Source: Lama glama
Taxonomy: Eukaryota
Length of the DNA: 64,000 nt
Reading direction: 5' to 3'
Assembly (NCBI GenBank): GCA_028534125.1
Contig: CM052816.1
Span: 95,854,001 to 95,918,000, forward strand
A program made the translations under genes and the position numbers. The notes beneath the pieces were generated by a model that was not told where the DNA came from, made no database searches, and saw nothing but the letters and a program-made list of their open reading frames with translations. This document shows positions 60,998 through 64,000 of the stretch, one piece after another. The number at the start of each line of letters is the position of its first letter. The stretch's first letter is position 1.

Positions 60998-63474
60998 TGG
61001 GCCACCCCAAGGTAGGCAAATCTCTACTTCCCTGTGACCAATCTGGTGACTTGGCTCTTCCATGCAACCTCAAAGGCACAGCTCGTGGGTGTCAGTCTTC
61101 AAGCCCCCACGAGCTACCTTAATAGGTGGCCAGCAGATAAGGTCCTCCCTGGAGGCCAAGTCTCCCCATCAGTAGCCCTCCCCCAGCCCCAGCGACTCCT
61201 GCCGTATGGGCTGGTCCATTCTCGTCTCTCTGCCCCTTCTCACACCTCTTCTGCAAGGACCTAGCTCTTCCCCTCCATTTGGGGAGAGAAAAGCAAAAGA
61301 AATAAGCTTCTTTTCCTTTCATAACCACAGGGGAAAAAATTAATGTTCTCAATCAGGTTATCCTGCATTTCCACGTTATTTACAGTCTGCTGGATAGACG
61401 GGTAGACTTAAATGGATGTCTCAGTGAACGGTAGGTAGTTTTCATTCATCATGAACCTACAGTCATTATCAGTCAGTCAATCCTTTTGTGCCTTAAAAAG
61501 TCACAGAGCATTGCAGATAAACATCTAGACGGCGTGCAATGAAATTGAAAATAGTCCAGATTCTCATGGCCAGCGCTGAGATACCAGGGGACCAGCTTTC
61601 CTTACACAACAGCCCATCAACCAAGTTTATTCCCATCTGGGTGCACCACTCAGGCTGCCCGTGACTTTTCTCTGGCCCTCCGCTTTCCTCCACTGCTGTC
61701 TATCTGGTTTTAGGGCTCCCCTCAATCTCTGGTCCAGGAAGGATGGCACTTGTAGATGTGAACAGGGCAGAACTGAACAGGTTTAGTCTGAGGAGATAAA
61801 GAGATTGTCCTGGGTTTGAGCCACCTGCCTTTTCTCCGTGTCAAAACAAAACAAAGCAAGCTTTCTGGGGCTCAGTGAATGTGCATGTGTTCTTTGGCTT
61901 CCCAGCTCATACTAAGCTGACAGCAAATCTTTCCGCATTTGGACAAATGTTTCCAATTGCTGTGTATTGGGCTTAATTATAATAAAGCAAATGTTTAATG
62001 GTTTCATCTTGAACAGAATGGTGCACTTAATAGCAATTTTAAGAATACTTTTATTCAGCAAAGCTTCTTATTGGAAAGAAATGAATTTATAGCCTCAAAA
62101 GAGAAATTTTAGCAAAGGTTAGGAGGATGGCAAGGTATGCTATTTTCTGCCCTTTTGTTCCCTTGCGATTCAGCCTTCCGTCCGTCCTCCACCCACACTG
62201 ATTGAGGAAGAGCCTGTGCCTCCTGGCGTGCGAGCTCCCCTTCCCTGGCAAGAGCTTGGGAATCAGCAGGAGGCGGACAAAGACATCTGGAAATCACAGG
62301 TAGGCTAGTTATCAAGTCACACTTCTTGTCTTTCCATCCAGAAGTGGGGGAGCCCTGCACCAAGGCAGATGCAAGCTGAATGAATGGGGAGACTGCAGAG
62401 ACACACAGTGGAAGCGAATTAATCCACCGACTAAGAAAAATAAGCTAGCGATGACTTCTTCTACAAGTTTGCAAAAAGCAACAGTTCCAATGGAGATGAT
62501 GTGAACAGAAAAAGATTTTTCTCACGTTGTATCGAAGAATCTGTTTCAGTTAGCTTGTCTGGAGAGCTAGAAAACTCAGAGGTTTGAAACTGGGAAGGAT
62601 GAACTATCTAGTTTTCTCTTCCAGCCCATCAACATTACACCATTTTTAAAAATGAAACCAGGACAGGACAGTGTGATGAGTCCTCCTAACACTGCCGATT
62701 AACTTTTGTCAGTTATGCCTTTAACCTAAGGAGAAGGATACAGGATGAGAAATAAGTATTGATTCTCCTATAGAAAATGCCAGAAGGAAGTCGCACACTT
62801 ATTTTTGTTAACATAAGAAATAAGCCATAGGTTTCTCTTCTCCCAGTAATTCAGAAATTGCACTCTGCTGAAGCATGGATGCCCCTCAATTTAATGTAAG
62901 TTGTACCAATATTAACTGAAGGGAAATCTGGAATTGGGGAAACAGACACTGTGGATAATAGAATTCCTTCCTCACAAGGCATCTACCTAGTTCCCTAACT
63001 CAGGTAAGACGCCACCTGAGGCATCCCAATTAAAAGAGCAAAGTTGTCACTTATCTCCAAAAGAATTCTCCCCCCACCAAGTCTGTGTTCTAGTTTCTTC
63101 ATAAAATAGGAACTGTGGGAAGTTGGATAACTTATTTCCATCTTATGGGAACGGGCCAGCTTTCTGGAACACTGCTGTATTTGCCAGCATAGAGACACAC
63201 CCTTTTTTGTTTTGCCAAAGACAAGTAAAAAATAGGTTGTCCTTTGTTGTAATGCAGATGCCTGTAAGAGCTTAATGCTCCATAAGAAAAAGTAAGAATT
63301 GGGAGACTGATACTTAATAAATCAGAATACCAATTTAAAACACAACTCTGTTATGTGTATTTTCTAAATAAGGGAGCAAGTAGACAGGGGAGAGGAAGTG
63401 AAATGTCAAACGAGAGGAAGAGGGAAGAGAAAAGTCATGGAGGAAGACATGAGAATTAAATAGAAGGAGAAACG

Positions 63475-63705
63475 TTCTCAGTAACCTTGGGCTCCCCAGC
63501 AAACACTCTCTAACAGCAGACACATGCTTCTCACACTTCCAGAGGCTGAGAAGTCCAAGCACAAGGCGCTGGCAGATCTGGTATCTGGTGAGGCTCTGAG
63601 CTCTGGTTCAGAGACAGCCCATTTCTCCCTGTGTCCTCATGTGGCAGAAGCGGAGAGGGAGCTCTGGGACCTCTTTTATCAGGGAACCCATCCCTTTCAC
63701 AGGGG
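63475..63705 (-). mobile_element. MaLR LTR fragment (MLT1A-like), interrupted by an ERV1-like LTR
   Basis: gaggctgagaagtccaag..caaggcgctggcagatctggtatctggtgagg...ctgtgtcctcatgtggcagaag. Confidence 0.8.
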
Positions 63706-64000
63706 CGTAATGGAGCAGACCCTGTGAGGTCTTCCCAGGACAGAGCCCCCACCATATCCTCTGTCTGCCTCTTGTCTGTAGAGAAACTTTAGTCAACAAT
63801 ATATTTAATCAGGGAAGTGAGAAAATGCAGAAGCAAAGGAAAGCCGTCAAATAAGACAAAATAATAATAGGTTGCCATCAAGCAAAATCGAGGATCCTTA
63901 GTTCCTCCTCCAGGGCTATAGATAATGCTCTGAGCCATATCCTTTGAGCTGTTTTACAGACACTGAAACGCTTCCAGGTGGAAAAGTTAACTACTTAATG
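63706..64000 (+). mobile_element. ERV1-like LTR (artiodactyl type), runs off the window
   Basis: Abrupt switch from MLT1A to (c)gtaatggagcagaccctgtg...catatcctctg...gaagtgagaaaatgcagaagcaaaggaaa...tctgagccatatcctttgagctg. Confidence 0.6.

Noticed and set aside
36000..64000. SNHG18/SNORD123 or SEMA5A, the downstream neighbours of TAS2R1 in human
   Set aside because: No matching C/D-box snoRNA, large CpG island or semaphorin exon was recognised. They probably lie beyond the window.
1..64000. CRISPR arrays, operons or other prokaryote-type systems
   Set aside because: The sequence is mammalian and has no regularly spaced repeat-spacer array or dense gene cluster.

Overview
This is mammalian genomic DNA, very probably camelid (alpaca, llama or camel), judged from a tRNA-derived Vic-1-type SINE at ~8.66-8.81 kb and artiodactyl-type L1 3' ends. 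There is one supported protein-coding gene, an intact intronless bitter taste receptor TAS2R1 (35106-35993, +, 295 aa). The rest is repeat-rich non-coding sequence: old and younger L1, L2, MIR, many MaLR (MLT1) solo LTRs, MER5A/MER20/MER58A hAT elements, a solo ERV2/ERVK-like LTR with a perfect 6-bp TSD, an ERV1-like LTR running off the right end, microsatellites and a 500-N assembly gap. I found no convincing previously undescribed biological system. The best leads are a tailless internal L1 ORF2 fragment with a perfect 16-bp TSD, CpG-dense patches inside ancient repeats (one with NRF1 and GC-box motifs), a palindromic RFX X-box plus M-box cluster upstream of TAS2R1, unusual substitutions and indels in TAS2R1, and an unidentified coding-like GC-rich minus-strand segment at ~49.7-50.4 kb. 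Repeat subfamily names and most repeat boundaries are by eye from remembered consensus sequences and are approximate.
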